The position numbers were made by a program, and so were the translations under genes. This document shows, in pieces, positions 61,160 to 64,000 of a stretch of 64,000 nt of DNA (its first letter is position 1; the number at the start of each line of letters is the position of its first letter). The notes under the pieces are model-generated. The model was not told the origin of the DNA. It made no database searches and saw nothing but the letters and a program-made list of their open reading frames with translations. Source of the DNA: Acidobacteriota bacterium (GTDB lineage: Bacteria > Acidobacteriota > Blastocatellia > RBC074); assembly GCA_018269055.1 (NCBI GenBank), contig JAFDVI010000012.1, positions 93,820 to 157,819 of the forward strand, read 5' to 3'.

Positions 61160-64000
61160 TTAAAACGTAATTCGCAAGGAGCCTTGCATCACGCGCGCAC
61201 TGCGTGCGGCGTTGACTTGCCCGAATCGGGCGTTGACCTGATTGCCGCTGGTGTCAAACCGCGCAGTCGTGTCTATGCCGGACCATTGCGTGTGATTGAA
61301 GGCGTTGTACATTTCCCAGCGGAATTGCAGGTAACGCGATTCGCTCTTGAGCGGGATGTTCTTGAAGAGCGAAAAGTCCCAGTTGTGTGTGCCGGGATTA
61401 CGGAACACGTCTTTCGGCGCATTGCCGAAATCTCCGCGCGCGGGGCGGGCAAACGCCGCGGGATTAATCCATTGCACAAAGCCCGTCGAAGCCACGGTTT
61501 GTTTGCTATCTGACAAATTGGGATTGCCGATGACATTGACGCGCGTGCCGTCTCCGCCGCCGGATAGGTCCGTGCCGGAATCCACCAGCGCCAAGCCAAT
61601 CCCGCCGGGCGTGCCGCTGGCAAAGGCCGTGATGCCGGATAATTGCCAGTCGTCGAAAACGGCCTTAACCGCGCGGTTGTCCCAGAGTTTGGAAGCGCGC
61701 GGAATGTCCCATGTGTAGTTGATGACCATCACATGCGTTTGGTCGAAACCGGCTCTGCCGTAATTCCAAATGCTGTAAGGACGATAGGTCGCCAGTCCGC
61801 CATCGCGGTCGCCATCCACCAAATCCATCGTCTTGGAATAGGTATAGGCCAAGCCGAATTGCAGCCCGCGCGCAAAGCGGCGATTGGCCGCCACCTGCAG
61901 TGCGTTGTAATTCGAATAACCTGCGTTGTCGTAGTAGGTGATGTTGCCGTACCCCGGATACGGGCGCAGGAAATCATCCGGCAATGCTGTATTCGCCACC
62001 GTCGGATTGGCATTTTGCGGGTTCACGTCCAAATGGCGGGCGCGATACGGGATCAGATTGATGTTCCGTTGCTGTTGCAAATGGCGGCTTTGCGAACCGA
62101 CGTAAGACACATCCAGCACGGTGCCGAAACCGAGATCCTTCTGAATGCCCAGATTGTAGCTGTAAGTCACAGGCGTCGGAGCGTCCAGATCGAAGCCCGT
62201 CACGCTACTGGGAAAAAGCGTCCCGCCCGAACTCAGCAGTGAGTCCATATTGCCGTAAAAGATGCGCGGGTTATCAGCAATTGGAGGATTACGCGCCACA
62301 TCCGTCCAGATGGCATTGGCGCTGACGCGGGTTTGATTGAACACGCCGAAACTGCCGCGAACCGCCAGTTTTCCATCGCCTTTGACATCCCAGGCAAATC
62401 CCAGGCGCGGTTGCACCTGAACGGGCTGCTGTTCTTTGAACCCGCGCGGGTAACTGCTGTCCGTTCCCAGCACCATTCCGTTGTACGGATCGCCCGTTCC
62501 CGGCACGAATGCCCCAATCAAAACCGCGGGGAGCAATTGGCCGTTGACCGGGTTGAGAGCGCGCCGATTGGCCGCAGCACAAGTGCCTCCAGCCGGAACC
62601 GCAACCGTGCAACCCGGCTGGTAATACTTCGGCGCTTTGGATTTGTCGTAACGCGACAGCGCAAACGCCGCCGAATTGGCCGTGTCCTGATACCACTGGT
62701 TGAACCAGCCAAATCGCACGCCGTATTCGATGTTCAACCGGCGCGTCGCTTTCCACGAATCCTGCACGAACCAATCCACCAGACTCTGCCGCCCTTCGCC
62801 GCTCGGACGGAACGTCGCTTCCGTGTATTGCGTGAAGTTTCCCAGAATCGCGTTGGCGTAGGCATATCCCGAATTCAGCGGGTTGTTCGCGTCGTTGGAG
62901 AAGGTGAATTGCCCGCCGAAAACTGCCGTCGCGCCTTCGTAGTTGCGTGCGCGTTCTGCATAGAAACCTGCCTTCAGGTTATGAGAGCCGAGTGTGTAGC
63001 TGAGATTGTCGGTAAAGGTGATGATCGTGTCGGCTCCGCGCAACGGCGTTCGCCCATCGTAGGTGATGTTGGCCGGGCTGGTGATATTGCCGAACGAGAC
63101 CTGCGGAATGATGCCCAGCGGATTTAATTCGGGATGAAACTGCCCCAGCGTGTAGCCATACGTCGCCTTTTGCAGTTTGGCCAGTTCCGCATCATTGAGC
63201 GGCGGCCCTTTTTCGACGCTGTGGCGCACGCCGAGCGAAGCTTCGTTGACCAGCCGCGTGGATAAAACGCGCGTCCAGTTGCCGATGATGCTGTTGTCGG
63301 TGAAGGTGTAGTGCAGTCCCGCCAATCCCCAGTTTGCCGTGCCCGCCGGAACGGCAATGCCCTGGTTGTCGGCGTACCACATCGAACCGCGGACATAAAA
63401 ACTGTCTCTTGCCGAAGGGCGGTAATCCGTGCGGAACAGGTTCTGCCGCTTGGGCACCTTGATGCTTTCCTGGAACAGGTAATTGTACCCGGCCTTTGTG
63501 ATGCTCAGGTTGGTCGCATTCGGCAGCGGAAACACGCTCAGCAGCGCCTGGCCGTTTTTGTTGATTCGATTGGCCGGAATGACGTTGCCGGGGAAACAAG
63601 CCGTTTGATCTGTGGCGTTGCAATTCCCAGTCTTGGTTGGATCGCGAATGAAAAGCGGGACAGGTTTGCCGCTACTGTCCAGTGAGGTAAATGATTTCGA
63701 AAAATCTCCCTTGCGTTCCAGATCGGTTGCCGTCGTGACCTGGCGCAGCGCCTGCGGATTCAAGGTCTGGGAATCTTCGAAGGAGTAAAAGAAAAACAGC
63801 TTGTCCTTCACTTTGTCGCCGACTTTCGGCAGCCAAACGGGCCCGCCAAAGGTCGCGCCAAGCGTGTTGTAGCGGTAGCGCGGCTTCGGAACCGTGGTGG
63901 TTTTTCCCGTCAACGGCGATGTCACCAGCGTGTTGTTGTTGAAAAAGTTGTTGGCGTTGAACTGTTCGTGGCGTTTGTACCAGTATCCTGAGCCGTGATA
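61160..64000 (-). CDS. TonB-dependent receptor (C-terminal ~940 aa; N-terminus lies beyond the window end)
   Basis: Beta-barrel TBDR-like sequence ending ...SLRITF; the frame remains open to position 64000. Confidence 0.8.
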   Translation of the reverse strand, partial: YHGSGYWYKRHEQFNANNFFNNNTLVTSPLTGKTTTVPKPRYRYNTLGATFGGPVWLPKVGDKVKDKLFFFYSFEDSQTLNPQALRQVTTATDLERKGDFSKSFTSLDSSGKPVPLFIRDPTKTGNCNATDQTACFPGNVIPANRINKNGQALLSVFPLPNATNLSITKAGYNYLFQESIKVPKRQNLFRTDYRPSARDSFYVRGSMWYADNQGIAVPAGTANWGLAGLHYTFTDNSIIGNWTRVLSTRLVNEASLGVRHSVEKGPPLNDAELAKLQKATYGYTLGQFHPELNPLGIIPQVSFGNITSPANITYDGRTPLRGADTIITFTDNLSYTLGSHNLKAGFYAERARNYEGATAVFGGQFTFSNDANNPLNSGYAYANAILGNFTQYTEATFRPSGEGRQSLVDWFVQDSWKATRRLNIEYGVRFGWFNQWYQDTANSAAFALSRYDKSKAPKYYQPGCTVAVPAGGTCAAANRRALNPVNGQLLPAVLIGAFVPGTGDPYNGMVLGTDSSYPRGFKEQQPVQVQPRLGFAWDVKGDGKLAVRGSFGVFNQTRVSANAIWTDVARNPPIADNPRIFYGNMDSLLSSGGTLFPSSVTGFDLDAPTPVTYSYNLGIQKDLGFGTVLDVSYVGSQSRHLQQQRNINLIPYRARHLDVNPQNANPTVANTALPDDFLRPYPGYGNITYYDNAGYSNYNALQVAANRRFARGLQFGLAYTYSKTMDLVDGDRDGGLATYRPYSIWNYGRAGFDQTHVMVINYTWDIPRASKLWDNRAVKAVFDDWQLSGITAFASGTPGGIGLALVDSGTDLSGGGDGTRVNVIGNPNLSDSKQTVASTGFVQWINPAAFARPARGDFGNAPKDVFRNPGTHNWDFSLFKNIPLKSESRYLQFRWEMYNAFNHTQWSGIDTTARFDTSGNQVNARFGQVNAARSARVMQGSLRITF

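Noticed and set aside
1-64000. CRISPR arrays, tRNA or rRNA genes
   Set aside because: I found no regularly spaced short direct repeats with unique spacers. None of the short intergenic regions shows tRNA-like cloverleaf potential or rRNA-like sequence.

Overview
This 64 kb window looks like a high-GC chromosomal segment from an Acidobacteriota-like soil bacterium. That origin is inferred from three CarbopepD-type TonB-dependent receptors, a BlaI/BlaR1 module and HpnK/HpnL-like genes. I confidently call about 45 CDS and found no rRNA, tRNA or CRISPR array. A housekeeping core (alaS, rnj, ksgA/rsmA, ftsY) sits among accessory genes. The accessory content includes transporters (Nramp-like, OPT, LctP, APC, MFS), a TetR/SDR/OsmC detox cluster, a LytS/LytTR two-component system, and a TBDR/GH29 fucosidase/CadC-like regulator locus. 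Six observations stand out. (1) A blaI-blaR1 operon whose BlaR1 M56 protease carries 8.5 tandem ~29-aa repeats (consensus KLIAMRIHGVxxEFIxxxxxLGYxxLxVD) instead of a penicillin-binding sensor, and the next gene encodes an exported protein with 6.5 copies of the same repeat. (2) A ~7.3 kb low-GC island (~40-48% versus ~57% GC) carrying a triple-GAF histidine kinase, an orphan receiver and a 1227-aa multidomain protein (cupin-like, Gfo/Idh/MocA-like, then ~500 aa with no recognisable domain), bordered by a frameshifted IS200/IS605 tnpA. (3) A tandem pair of paralogous Cys-containing secreted proteins of unknown family. (4) An Nramp-family transporter whose metal-binding DPGN motif reads GSGE. 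(5) An HpnK/HpnL-like pair next to an FtsX-type permease. (6) Several repeat or palindrome elements in positions that suggest operators or terminators. Every functional assignment rests on motifs I recognise in the translations; no database search was possible.
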